This document shows, piece by piece, positions 12,954 through 26,620 of a stretch of DNA of 64,000 bases (the first letter of the stretch is position 1; each line of letters opens with the position of its first letter). The notes beneath the pieces were generated by a model. It did not search any database and was not told the origin of the DNA. It saw only the letters and a program-made list of their open reading frames with translations. The translations under genes and the position numbers were made by a program. This DNA is from the human T2T-CHM13v2.0 reference genome, Homo sapiens. The stretch lies in NCBI RefSeq assembly GCF_009914755.1, contig NC_060926.1; one strand, written 5' to 3'.

Positions 12954-13757
12954 CCGCCCGCCCCCAACCCCCGCCCCTGGCCCTGCCCCTTAGTGTTTTC
13001 TATGGTGCAGGTGAGAATTTCATGGTTTCTAACTCAAGCCAGGGGACTCCTCTGGTATATTTCACCTTGATGCAGAGAGTGGACAACCTTTAGCATGCCC
13101 TGTTTGCCTCACTGTTTCCACTCCACACAGCAATTCTTTGGAGTACCAGAGAGGAGCAGCCTTCCCCAAGTGTTAAGTTCAGTGATTGACACACCTCTCA
13201 AACACATAAGCCCAGAGTTTGAGCTCTTAGTAGTCAGTTTTCAGTGCACATAGGGTCATTTTTTATTTTTCTCAAGGTACCTTTTTAAAAAAATTCAGGT
13301 ATACCCAGGTGGCTGGATCAGGCATTAGTTTTACACCATTCTCAAAACCAACACTTCTGATGGCCTAGATCTTGACACTAGTGCCAAGAGAAAGTCCACC
13401 AGTCAAGACTTGCTGGATGTGGTTGTGTAGGTTTTTTCCAGGTTCCAGTTGTGTTTTTCCTCCATTCAGCCTCAGCCAGGATCTCTCTGGTTCATCAGAC
13501 CTATTTGAATGTTTGAATCTCAAAAGAAATTGAATTTTGATTTTCATCCTATTTCTTCTAGAAATCATCTTGACTCCTACATGAATTTGTGGGTGTAGAT
13601 AAGTTGCTGGGGGAGGGTTACTATCTGGCTTCCTCCATCAAGAGCATCTACAAGACAGGCCTTGCCATGCCCAAACATATATAATTATCATTCTTTCCTC
13701 TCAGAAATCAACAAGTATTGGCCTTGCAGTGATCCTTCTACTAGGGAAGATCTACAT

Positions 13758-14012
13758 ACAGCATAATGGTTAAATAAACAACCTCTGGATTCGTGTGGCT
13801 AACATTTAAAGTTCTGACCTGTCATCTTCTGGTTGATGATCTTGTGAAATTTATTCAGTGGCTCTGTGGTTAATATGTCTTCATCAGTAAAACAGGGCAC
13901 ATAATAATCACACCTTTGTCATATATACTTCTAAGGATTAAATATATGAATACATAGTTAACAGTGTTCCTGGCACAAAGTTTGTGCTCAATTAACATCA
14001 GCCTTTATTACT
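13758..14012 (+). mobile_element. MIR SINE
   Basis: 'cagcataatggttaa...tcttcatcagtaaaacaggg...taaggattaaat...cctggcacaaagtttgtgctcaat'. Confidence 0.65.
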
Positions 14013-14095
14013 TTAGTGGTTCTAAACATGGTTCCTTCCAGAACAATGAAAGGAGAAATATCCTCATCACTAAAGGTAAAAATTGCTACTGAATT

Positions 14096-14373
14096 AATTT
14101 TTTTGTGTGTTTTGAGATGGAGTCTTGCTCTGTTGCCCAGGCCTCCGCCTCCTGGGTTCAAGCAATTCTCCTGCCTCGCCCTCCTGAGTAGCTGGGATTA
14201 CAGGCATGTGCCACCAGGCCCAGCTAATTTTTTTTTTTTTTTTTTTTTTTTTTTGTAGAGACAGGATTTCACCATGTTGGCCAGGCTGGTATCGCACTCC
14301 TCACCTCAAGTGATCTGTCTGCCTTGGCCTCCCAAAGTGGTGGGATGACAGGCATGAGCCACCATGCCTGGCC
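14096..14373 (-). mobile_element. AluSx-like, with ~35-bp right-arm deletion and expanded middle A-tract
   Basis: TSD tgctactgaatt at 14084-14095 and 14374-14385. The 'gcccagg|cctccgcc' junction removes 'ctggagtgcagtgg...actgcaa'. Confidence 0.95.
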
Positions 14374-14948
14374 TGCTACTGAATTTTAAATATCACTTCT
14401 CTATTACATAAAAAAGTCTAATTCAATTGGTACCCCATTTCGCATTACCTAAATCTATAGAGATATGATTTTAAATGTTTTTTTTTTGGAATCCATATTG
14501 TTTTGTAGCCAGCTCTCCATAGCAATACATTGTGAAACTCTTCCCCTTGTCAACAGCTGTACTTCCAAGGTGTTTAAATTTTTATTATCCTATTTATAAG
14601 AGAGCTATGTTTTACCAATCACTTTGTATTTTCATGTTTTCAATGTTATCAATGACGGGGAAAGAAGATCTCATAGCAACATGGTCATATGACTCCTTAA
14701 TTCTTTCCTCGGGACAAATATCACAAAAGGAATTTCAAAGCTTCTAAAATGTGTTGCTAAATTGCCCCAGAAACATTTACCTGTTTATATCAGTCAGCAT
14801 CTCTGTATCCTCACCAACAGAATATTTTTAAAAATGTTTAATAGTTTGGTATACAAAAAAGCATGTTCCTTTCATGACTATCCTTTTAATATTAGTGAAG
14901 CTGAATGATTTTTATTATGGAAGGTTTTGAATTTGTGTGTGCGTAGCC

Positions 14949-15251
<303 letters not shown>

Positions 15252-16329
15252 TTTTTTGGTTGTTTTTAAAGAGCTTTTTGTATATGTAAAAGAATCACAA
15301 ATTTCCTTACTGCTATCCAGAAAGAAAGGAAATTTTGCTTATTAATTTTCTGCAACTAGTCCAGTTTTTCTCATGAGCCCCTATCTGGAGAAGGCAGTTG
15401 GTGGAGGTAGCAGTGAGGAAGAACTTAAACTTATCGATGAAAGTATCTCAGATATTTTTAGTTTTAACGACTTTTGTTCCCCAGATAACTTAATCTCAAG
15501 TAAATGCTCAGGCTGAAGATATACTTTCCCTCTCCCTGCTCCTTCAAGTGATATCTGATTATATTTTTGTGTTGGTGGTGAGTACTTATGTGATTCCATG
15601 TAGTGGGAGGGGAGTATGTGGATAAATGGTACAAAGGCGTCTGTGTAATCATCTGCCAGGTTTATCGCCTATCTGGCTCTTTAACACTCTTGGAAGCTTC
15701 TACTGAAGCTGTAGCTGGTCTCTTGTCTTGTTCAGAGCCTGGAGCCCCCTTACCTGCCTCAGTTGCATCTCATCTGGAGCCCTGTCGCTGTCCATTTAGC
15801 TCTGGCTTAATCCCTCCAATCTTCAGGCTTGGAAACTTCTCAGCCTCAAACCAGAGTCAAGGGAAGGCTCTTAGCTCAGGGCTCTTTCTCTTTCTATCAC
15901 TTCAGGTGACCACTATTACTCCTTCATCTCTGTTTCAGAGTTTCAAATTGAGGGTGAGGCACAAGACTCTTCTGCTGTGGCTTTTCTCTCCACCTTTCTA
16001 AAACCCCACTCCTATCTGGGATTTTGGTTCAGGAGTGAAGAGCTAAGATAATTTTACCTGACGTTTTATTTCCCCACTTTTCCCTTTTCCACACTCTACT
16101 AGGATAGAATTGGCAGATTTTCTTCTTTCTCTTCTGGTCGGATTTGATCTCCTTTATGTCATATTCTGTTCCTAGGGACAGTAAGTGTCAAGGCATGGAA
16201 GAAACCCCCTGAACTTAATTGACTAGTCTTGGCGAGGTAGAATGGGTGCCTCAAGGCAACTACGAACCAGAGATTGCCCTATAGGGCAAAGATACATTGT
16301 GTCAATATTCCCCAGACATTGTTTGTTTT

Positions 16330-16990
16330 ATAAATATATATGTACATATAGATTCAGATGTTCAAATTAGACAGAAATGATATCTGTTATGTATGTTGCA
16401 AATGTTTATGTCCCTGTTTTTCCTTTTTTAAAAAAATGTATGATGTTCCTTGATGTAGACAAGTTTTACATTTTCATATTGTCAAATCTACCAATTACAT
16501 ACTTTATGGTGTCTAAATTTTGTAAATCTTAAAGAGTCCTTTCCCTCATCAAGAAAACATTATATTTACATCCATTTTCTCCAAATATTTTTATGGCTTT
16601 TAAAAACTTTACCTGGAGGCATTTTGTAGCTACATATACATATGTATGTGTATACATACATACACATACATGTATACATATATTTAATAACCAACCCTTG
16701 AGCTCAACATATTTTGTTGAATAATCCATTTTTTCCTCACTGATTTGAAGTGTTACTTTACCATATATTAAATTCTTATTGCTTGTCTTTTTTCTGATCT
16801 TTGTTTCATGTTCCATTGATATATCTGTTTATTCCTTTACTAGTTCAAAAATATATTTTTAAAAGCTAGCTTTGAAATATGTTAATATCTATTTGAACTA
16901 TTTCCCCCACTGCTTTTATTTATCAGCATTTTTTGGATCTTTTCATGAATTTTCCTCAGATGATTTCTGATTGGCATTTTCTTCATAGTA
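16330..16990 (-). mobile_element. Ancient L1 (L1ME/MC) ORF2-3' fragment
   Basis: T-rich antisense L1 motifs: 'tatgttgcaaat', 'tgtcaaatctaccaatt', 'gttccattgatatatctgtttattc'. Confidence 0.6.
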
Positions 16991-19823
16991 TATTAAAATT
17001 TAATATTAAATCAAGAGAAACTTTTAAAAAAACAAAAGACAATTCTATTTTTCTCCATAGAATTTGTTAACATTCATTCATTTGGAGAATGGAAATAATT
17101 ACCTCTATCTCCATCTTCCTCATCATCCAGTTCTGTTAGAAACAAAATGCAATTTAAAAATTGCAAAGTAGAATGAAATGTCAAGGCTTATCTAGATAAA
17201 AAAGCTAGAAAAATATTTGTGACTTCAATATTTGAGAATCAAACCAAAGAAGGTGAGGTTTTTTGCCTTATATTATCCAGAGAATATACATTTTATTTGT
17301 ACATGTATTAATTTCAGGATTTCTTTTCTCCTGATTTCAGAGTTTGTGGGTTTTTTTTTTTTTCTTTGCTATAATGATTAAGTTCCCAGACTTTAATGTG
17401 ACTTTTTCAGTCATTTTAATGATGGAAAAAAATATAGAAGTTGGCTATCAAATTTATCTTTGCTTCTCCTTTTTCCTTTATCTCTTTGATTATATCAAAA
17501 TTTCATTATTGTCCTCAAAATTACTGGGTTTCCCCCCAGTCAATACTTATTCTTTTAGGCCTAGATTTATAAAAATAATACCAAACTAATCAATTGATTC
17601 ATTTTCTCCTGTAATTACGTATGCATGTATGTATGTATTATGTATTCCTTTTGAACTTAATCTTTTCTCTTAAGAACTATCTGTGGTGTGTGACTTCAAA
17701 AGAAGATTAAATATTTATAGTTATTGGAGGGACTTGGGGGCCATGGATTTTGCAGTCTTCTCTAGTGATCTTCTGCACCACAAAGAGTCAAAGTCATTGC
17801 ATTGGCTACTTTTGTCACTCTCACTCTTCATGTCCTCCAAATATACAAGGGAGATAGTGCAGGGACCAATGATTTGGGTGGTGTATTGTAAAATCATCTG
17901 TAAGAACCAAAGAAGTTTATAATCTTTCAGCTTTGAGGTTACAAACAGAGTAAACGATCTAATTGCTTGATATATAGGCCCATTCCCTGCTGTGGATGAT
18001 CCTCCTGGCTCAGTTTTGGAAAATAAAGGAGCAGACCAAACTGAGCTAGAAGGGAGAAAAGATGATGAATGCCAAAGAATATCTTCACCTAAAGAGAATC
18101 AAAATTAGCTATGCCAACTTGAGATGCCATCAGTTAAGCAAGTAATTCATGTTATCCTCATCTATAAGGATTTCTGTGATATTTTTATCTAAAAGATTTT
18201 TTAAACTAATACTTATTGAGTTTTACCAAAAAAGACCATAATAAATAAAACGTAATATATTTTCATATAACTAATTATGTTCTGTAATTTTAGCACCTTA
18301 ACTCATGGCAATAAATTAGCAAAAACTGAGATTATTTGGTAGTATAACTACCCACATTGAGCACAGATGTTCAGCAAAAGATTTAGGAACTATTTTGGAA
18401 GCTCTCATTAGCTGAGGTAAATTAGCAGAATATTTATGGGTAATATTAAACTGTTCAGGTTCATATTTTCTTTCTTGATTGTTTTATCGAAGTCTCATAA
18501 ATAGCAACACCTGGCTTACTTGTCCTTTAGAAAGTTCTTGTAGATATCAGTAAGACTGAAGCCCAATATTTAACGGTTCTGAATATCAGAGCAGTGGCCT
18601 GGCCAGAGGTCACTCAAGCAAGCTCAATCCAGCTCCAGCTCTGCCCCCCAACCCCCACCCATGGGCCTCCTCTCATCTCCAAGACTTTGCTTTTTCCTAA
18701 AGTAGTTTATGGAATTGTTACAGTCCTAAGTTGTTTTTCAGAAGGGATCTAATTTGCTGTAGGTTATCTATCTCCTAGCCCAAAAATCCTCTAGGAGCCT
18801 AACTGATATCCAGAATACAAGGGATATATAGACTGAATATGTGAGAAGGGAATTAGAAGGCTTTATTATGTTTGCCATGGATTCTTCTAACCCAAACCAA
18901 TACCCTATATGCATGCCTCCTTCTTCATCTGATTCATTCAGAAGCCCAAAAGATTCAATAAAGGCCAGGACTAGATACTAAATTAACAAAACATTTGAAC
19001 TACCTTTAGAACTTGTAAACATTGAGTACAGTGTGAGAACTCAAAAGTCAACTGTATTGCTCAATGAATACAGTCAACTGTATTGCTCAATGATGGCTTT
19101 GGCGATCATCTTCCAGAGAAGTAAACCATAAATAGCCTAACTCCTGATATTCAGATGACCAGATGAGAGGCTTTACATGTTAGGAAGGAGTGATAACTAC
19201 CATTGGGAATGTATATTTTGACTGACTGTCAGGATCTTAAATGCCAATCTAAATTTGAACTCTCCTATAAGCAAGCGATATGAGACAAACAAAGCTTAAG
19301 ATCAAGAACTATGCAAATGATATTAAGGCTGATTAAACTTTAGATGGGGTCAATGAGAGTTGGGAAAACTTAGAGGCAGACAAACAGGTCCAGGCAATCC
19401 TCACAAAATCATCCAGGGAAGGTGAAGTGGGCCTGAGGTTGGCAGTAATGCTGAATGAAGAGAGGAATGCAGGGAACATTATGAAGATTAACTATTGGTG
19501 GCAACTGATTTCTTATAAGAATAATGATGAGAGTGGATTAGAATTATACTGTAGCATTTTGAGAACAGTAAAGATGGCAAAAATTCACTGAAAAAATATA
19601 GGCTAAGCTGGAAGGCTTCTGACTTTGGGGGATGCTATCATTTGCATGTTTGTCTTCTCCAAAACTCATATTGAAATTTAATTGCTTTTGTAACAGTATT
19701 AAGAGGTGAGACCTTTACCTTAACAGTATTAGGAGGTGGTTAGGCCACAAAGATTCCACCCTCATGGGTAGGATTGATGCCATGAGGCATCATGAGCCAT
19801 GAAGCTCATGAGGATGAGCTTAA

Positions 19824-19945
19824 GTCAGGCATGGTGGCTCACGCCTGTGATCCCAGCTACTTAGGAGACTGACATGGGAGGATCGCTTGAGGCCAGGAGT
19901 TCCAGCCTGGGCAACATAGTGAGACCCATCCCTCTTAAAAAAAGA
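19824..19945 (+). mobile_element. FLAM-type Alu monomer nested in the MST LTR
   Basis: Single ~120-bp Alu monomer with a short A tail. Confidence 0.85.
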
Positions 19946-20086
19946 GCAAGGTCAGTTTCCTCTTGCTCTCTTTTGCCTTTCTGCCTTCTGCCATGGAATT
20001 ATACAGCAAAAAGGCAATTGTTCAGCTGCTGACCCCTTGATCTTGGACTTTCCAGCCTCCAGAAATGTGAGCCAACTAATTTCTGG

Positions 20087-20384
20087 TTTTTTTTTTTTTT
20101 TTTGAGATCGAGTCTCTCTCTGTTGCCCAGGCTGGAGTGTAGTGGCGCGATCTCCGCTCACTGCAAGCTCCGCCTCCCGGGTTTACGCCATCTCCTGCCT
20201 CAGCCTCCGGAGTAGCTGGGACTACAGGCACCCGCCACCACGCCCGTCTAATATGTTTGTATTTTCAGTAGAGGCAGGGTTTCACTGTGTTAGCCAGGAT
20301 GGTCTCCATCTCCTGACCTCGTGATCCGCCCGCCTCGGCCTCCCAAAGTGCTGGGATTATAGGTGTGAGCCACCACGCCAGGCC
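20087..20384 (-). mobile_element. AluY nested in the MST LTR
   Basis: Y diagnostics ('ctgcaagctccgcctcccgggtttacgcca', 'ttagccaggatggtctc'), CpG-rich, TSD 'aatttctg' on both sides. Confidence 0.95.
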
Positions 20385-20772
20385 AATTTCTGTTTTTTAT
20401 AAATTACCCAGTTGTAGGTCTTCTATAGCAGCAAAAATAGATGAAGACAGAGGAAAATGATAATTTGAAGCAAATAATTCTGGGAAGGATTCCACAATAA
20501 GATATTGTCAGATATTAAGATAGTGGGTTCACTTTTGGATTACTTGCCAATGGTACTCTGAGAAGTCACATATTAGAAAAAGAGAAGGATGAGTCACTAG
20601 TACTTCTGCAAAATCTAATGATACTGCGAAACCACTGAAATACTGAAAGGAGGCACTGAAATAAGTTGTAGATGCAGCATGAAAGGCAGGAAATTTTGGA
20701 AAACAAAGTGCTTGCTTAACACTCAGGCAAGAAAACCCTACCCAACAGCATTTGGGTTAAATCATTGTTTAG

Positions 20773-21228
20773 TGTATCAGTCAGAGTCCAGGTGGGAAAT
20801 ATTCAATGTGAACATTTCAATCAGAGCGACTTTAATGCTGGACACTGTTTACACAGGTGATGTAAGAGCCAAGGAGCCAAACAGGAGATGGTGAACAAAC
20901 CCAGAGATTGGCAACAGCAGGAAATCACCATACACCTAGGACTAGAGGCCCACAGAATATGTGATGTGGTGTTACCAGAGCCCAGAAGCTGGTGCTATGG
21001 TCACCAGCACAAGATGCTTCTGGAGACACAGAGAAGGGAAAAATACCCTGTACTTGCTCTGTAGCCTGCTCATCAGTCTTCCATCGTTGCCTCCCATTGG
21101 CTGAGCCTACCTCCGTGCTAGAGGGCAAGGGAGCCTGGGAAGTGTGGTTTCCTGTAATGCTGGGCAGAGGAAGGACAGGGCTGGAGCAGATCTGTCTGAG
21201 CAAAAAGGGCATATAGTCAGCCTGTTAC
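20773..21228 (-). mobile_element. ERVL solo LTR, LTR33-like
   Basis: 'tgtatcagtcagagtccagg...acccagagattggcaacagcaggaa...cctcccattggctgagcct...caagggagcctgggaa' matches the recalled reverse LTR33 consensus. Confidence 0.7.
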
Positions 21229-22029
21229 ACGGTACCTAACACAGAGTAACTTGAGGTTTTGAGGGCAACTTCCTGAGAAACTTTTGGAAAATGAATACAA
21301 ATTAAAAAGTTGATATTTATTTCTCCTCTGTAACTGCAATCAGAACAACATTGTGACTTTCAAATGCTATTGAAAGCAGAGAATGTAACAGCCATCTAAA
21401 ATAGGGGCACATGAGTTTTCAGCTGCTGGACTAGCCTTCAGTCCACCCTTCCCCCTCCATTGCATTACCTTATTGACATCACCGTGTACTTCTTCTCTAG
21501 TTATCAAAACTGCGGAGCATCCACCAAAAAGAACAGTTCTGTCATTTAAAATGGAACAGATGAAAGTTTTCCATGATGCAAGAGTGGGATTTTAAAGATA
21601 ATCGTGTTTCTGCTCTTCTCTAATTAGGACTGGACTTTAGTTTGTATTCTGCAAATGATTTATGATCTCCTGGCTAGAAGAATGAAAAAGACTCATAGTT
21701 TTAGATGTGTTGCCTTTGGCCTACTATAGGTCTCTCTGCAAGTAACTGTGCTTACGTAGAAATAAAGAACACATGTGGTATGTGGTTGGGTCAGCATTTG
21801 CACCTTGCAGCTTGTCCTCAGAGCCCGTGCTATACCCATCATGTTGTGCAGTCAACCCTCTCAAGTAGTCCCGGATGTGGAGACAGAGAGGACAATTAGC
21901 GCAGACTTCTCTACAATTAGGAAGAATTTGATTTGGTGAGGCCCTTCTGAGGCTCTATTTGGACAAATATGCTTGACTGGCTCTCAACTGTGGGGGATGA
22001 AGAATTATCTCATGACCAAACGAGAGGCA

Positions 22030-22240
22030 AGAGAGTAGTGGCCAAGGATATGGAGTCTGGTCCATTTCACCTGGCTTCTTAGCTATTTTACTTGGATTTG
22101 GAGTGTTGGTTACTTCATCTATAAAATGATATTTTGTATCCACCTCATAGGGCAGTTTTAAGAATGAAATGAAATAATATATGTAAAGCACTTGTCACAT
22201 AGTGAGTAGTTCTCAACATATAGTGATTATATTATTATTA
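22030..22240 (+). mobile_element. MIR SINE
   Basis: 'cttcatctataaaatg...cacctcatagggcagttttaagaatgaaatgaaataatatatgtaaagcactt'. Confidence 0.75.
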
Positions 22241-25159
22241 TGATTGTTATTATGAATTTGGAACCCAGATTATATACTGTTTTACTATGATAAATCCTAA
22301 TTTACCCCGATACACTCCCCAAATCTATCTCTTCATGTAGGCATTTAACATTAATAAGCCCTTCCGAAGGCTATAGCTTTAAACTATGGTTTAGTTCTAA
22401 ATCTTCTGTCTTTGTTTAACAGCAAAATAAATGGGAATCAGCTCCCCACTGAAAACTTCCTCAAGATTAACAGAAACAGTAAAAAAAGAAAAAAAAAATC
22501 CTTAGAGCTTTCAAGCTCCTTCGATATTCACTATTGTGAATATTGTTACCAAGTAATGTCCTAATAGTGTCTCCCCTTGGTATACTCTTTGTATGCTAAG
22601 GTCCCAGTGCACCTAGGCTATATGATGGTCCACATAATTGTCCCATGCCTATGTCCCCTGGTCACGTGTTGTTCTTGTTTCCCATCTACCTAGAAAATCA
22701 CCCCCTTTCTCAACCTATTAAAAAGTTAGTCCATCTTACATGTTTATATTTCACAAGGCCTTTTCTTATCTTCTTAAATAAATGTGATTCTCCCTCTGAT
22801 CTCTGAACTTACAGTGCTTCTTTGTACCTATCCTACTGCAATCACTTACTACCTTGTATTATGATTGTGAACCTGTCTGAGCCTTCCTTGCTATGATAAA
22901 GATGTAGGAACTGATATTACATCTGGACATTCCTTGTCGCAGCTTTCATTGTGCCTTGCACAGAGTAGTCATTTTAAAATTATGCAGATAATTTAATGTA
23001 GAAAAATTTGGGAAGAATAATATTTTCAGTTCAGTCCCCTTAGCCTCTGGCTCTGTCCCTCAGCTCAGCCGTATTCTGGTTGGACACTTTGTTCTCTGAT
23101 TTTACATTAAACATTGTCTAAGTAAACTATGCATTGCAGAGATCATCTTTGAAAAATGATATTCAATGGGAAACATACTCCCATTTGTTTTACTGTTAAA
23201 TAAAGGCAAGAGAGTTTGGAATTAAAACCCAACCTACTACAGCCTTTGGAATAGTTCTTTAATTGACCGTTACATATGTACATGGGAATAAAAACTCTCT
23301 TTATTGAATTGAGGAATATACCACCAAACAATGCTTGCTTTCCCAGATACCAAGGAAATAAGCATGCTTTCAGTGAATCAAAATCTTCTGCACTAACTCT
23401 TTCCTTCTGCAGGAGACCCTGTTGTTTGAGAGGAGGCAGAACACCCAAAATTCATTGCTCAGAACACACATACACCCACACACCAAATTTTACTTTTAAA
23501 AAGTTGTCAATTCATAGACATTATAGAAATTGGCAAGTTGGACCCAAGGAGAAACATTCTGATTTTCTTATGTTTAAGTATATGTCATGATAAAGATGAA
23601 TGTGACTAGAAAAGCAAACACATTTTGAATCAACAGGCCATAAATACACTCTTTTATACATCATTTGGCATTGGAGTATTGCTGGTAGTATATAGTATGT
23701 GAGTATGTATTATTTAATGTGGTAAGAACCATCCTGTGGGAGAAAACAGAATGAAATAAAAGCCCCAGCTTTCTAGACTTGTTTCTGCTGAGGGGCTCTG
23801 TGACAGTGTGGCAACTGTCCAGGCTTTAAGCACTTGGCCATTGCATTTGGATTTTAAAAGAGCCCAACCCATAAATTCTGGTTGAAATTAGAGCTGGTGA
23901 AAAGAAATATACCCTAGGAGTTATTAATATGTAAATCTAGTAATCTGGGAAATTGAACGATCTCAGATTAGGGTTTCTGAATTTATGCAATCTAATTTTG
24001 ACTGAAATGACACAACACTTCAACAGTTCTGTATAAATTTGACAGCAAATTGCATAATGTTTCTTTAAAATTAGTACAGAGAAAGAATGCTTCAGCAGAG
24101 TATAAGGCAAGAACACACATAGCTACAATGCATCACACCAATGTTCCATGTACTCTGAACTCTCATTTCCAAAACAGCCAATGCCATATGGTATGGTAAA
24201 TTACAAAATCCAATAGTAAAGGGGTTCATGCCTTTATGAATGGGGCCAAATGGTTCCTTTAGTTTATCTTCGTCAGACTTAGAATGTTTTATCTCAGTTC
24301 TGGTACAAAGAACCAATTTTTCTTATCTCTGCCAATAGTACTGCCATTTAGAAGGATAGCACTGATAGCTGGAAATGTTTTTTGAAATTTCTCAACAGAC
24401 ACGCCTGTAGACACAGCTTTAATCAGTCGTGAAATGAGATACATGGTTAATCAGTTTACAATATGCACGTGAGTTTTCACTACTATTACTCTCTTTACAA
24501 ATACTTAAAACAGTCTCAGGTAACCCTAAATAATCAATTTGTTTTGAAACCAAGTCATATAGCTCTTTTGCCTGACTAGAATAATAAATTGGTATAGTTA
24601 GCAGGCTGCATTAATCATTTCATATCCCCCTAGTACTACAAACACCCGGGGCACTCCACATTCATTTTATCATGCTGAAATGTAGTTGAATCAAATATTG
24701 GTTCAGACCCAGATCCATCGAGTCCAATTACCTGTCTGACAGTCACATGAAGGGAAGATTTATGGGTAAGCACGGCTTTCTCAAAGTTAAGTATTGTGTT
24801 TATATATTTCTTTGCTTTACCTGCATACTGTAATCTGTTGTGGATGTGTTATATAAATGAATGTAATTGTTTAAATTAATTTTAAATTTAAAGTCTATTA
24901 TACTTGTACCTCTCTACAAAGATATCTCTTGCTTTTAAAAAATCAATCTAGTGAAAGCTCCAAGAGTGTCATCTAATTTGAATATTCAAGGATTTGTAAG
25001 TTCATTTGAGTAAGACTATTTGGAGAAAGAGCATTGATCTTAGAATAAGAGGACTTGGGTATGAATCTTTGCTCTCCTACTGATAAGTTAGCTGAATATG
25101 AGCAAACAATTTAAAATCCAAGCCTCATTTTGTTTTAAAACTTAGTAGTACCTGCCATA

Positions 25160-26620
25160 TTTTCATTCATTTTTTCATTTATCCAATATTTATTGAGCAT
25201 CTACTATATGTTAGGCACTTTACAATATTCTAGTTATACAAAGACTGAATAATAACTCAGTTCAACAGTCCAGGGATTCACCCATAAGTAGAAGGATGTT
25301 GTAAAAAAAAATAATTAGGCACCATTGTGAGGAGTATCATAACTGAGATATCTGGACCAATATGCCAGGAGATTAAAGAAGAAAGTACATTTATTTCTTT
25401 GTTTTGAGAGAAGATTTCAAAAAATAAATAATATTTAATTTGGTCCAAAGAACCAAGAAGAAAATGTACAGTATGGAAATATGAAAGGACATAGCTTAGA
25501 GAATCATGAAAAACATCGTGTGACTGGTGTATTAATAGAATGCGGGAGGTGGAGTGAGAGGGAGTGGACATTCCTTTGCCATAGAAGACTAACAATCATA
25601 TCCATTGGGTCCCACATCATTTCTGCTTATCTATCCTTTCGAAAAAAGGCCATTGGATTATACAGTCATTCATTTCCTTTAAAAACGTGATACCCCATTT
25701 TAATATTTTTTGTGCTTAAATGTTCAATAGTATTGCTTTTTATTAGAGATTTAATCAAACTTCTAGATGTTGGACACGACTCAACAATCTATTTTCCAGA
25801 GTCTTCTTGAGAAAGTATCTTTGGGTAGGGAGTTGTATTAGCCACTCATCATTCTTTTCTAACATGGTGGTCTGAACTGCAAACATACATCTTTTGGCCA
25901 ACAATTCTACAATTTCACTGCCTAGTCCTCATAATATTCTCAGGTAGATACCTTTAAGCCCCATCCTGTGAACATTAAGCTGGTAAAAAAGTTGTTCATA
26001 GCTGTGTAAACCCAGAAAGTTCTGTGGAGGACATAAGCTTTGACCTAGATCTTAAAAGACAATTAGAAAGAGAGTGGGCATTGCAGGCAGAGGAAATCTT
26101 ATAAATAAGGTACAGAGGCAGGGAAACTCAGGGCTTGGAGCATGAAGGAGGAGGCAGGAAATATCATGAACCCATTGAATGAGAAATCATGATTGCCTGC
26201 TTGCAGTTGGGCTTTATTAAATAGATAGTTCGGGGTAATCAAAGATTTTAGATCATAATAATATGAATTGTTCTCTAGGAAAATGAATCACAACTCAGAC
26301 TGTAGAGGGAGATTGAGGATAGGAATCCAGGTAGCTAATATTTAAAGAATAAATACATAGTAAAAAAGGAAGTCTTGAATTGTGGCTGCAGCATTGAAAA
26401 CAAACAGAAGGGAACGACTTGGAGATGTATTATACATGTAGAATCAATTGACAAGCAACTGATGGGGGAGGAAGGGATGGTGTTTAAGTGATTCCAAACT
26501 TTTGAACTGAGGTAATGCTAGTTCCATGAATAGAAAGTATAGGCACAGAAGGAGGAGGAAGAGAATGTTGCTGGGAAAATATAATGAGTTAATTAGCTAT
26601 ACATATGTAACGTAAGTAGA
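25160..26620 (-). mobile_element. L2 LINE fragments
   Basis: 'ttcattcatt...atatttattgagcatctactatatgttaggcac' (L2 3' end) plus purine-rich L2 body at 26000-26620. Confidence 0.6.

Larger units (their letters stand above)
19633..20449 (+). mobile_element. MST-family MaLR solo LTR interrupted by two Alu-type insertions
   Basis: Starts 'tgctatcatttgcatgtttgtc...ccaaaactcatattgaaatttaatt', ends 'ataaattacccag...tatagcagcaaaaatagatgaagaca'. Confidence 0.85.

Noticed and set aside
15300-16170. GC-richer block with a 132-aa ORF (15603-16001)
   Set aside because: No recognisable protein similarity. Probably an old L1 5'-region or LTR relic within surrounding L1 fragments, but I could not assign a family.
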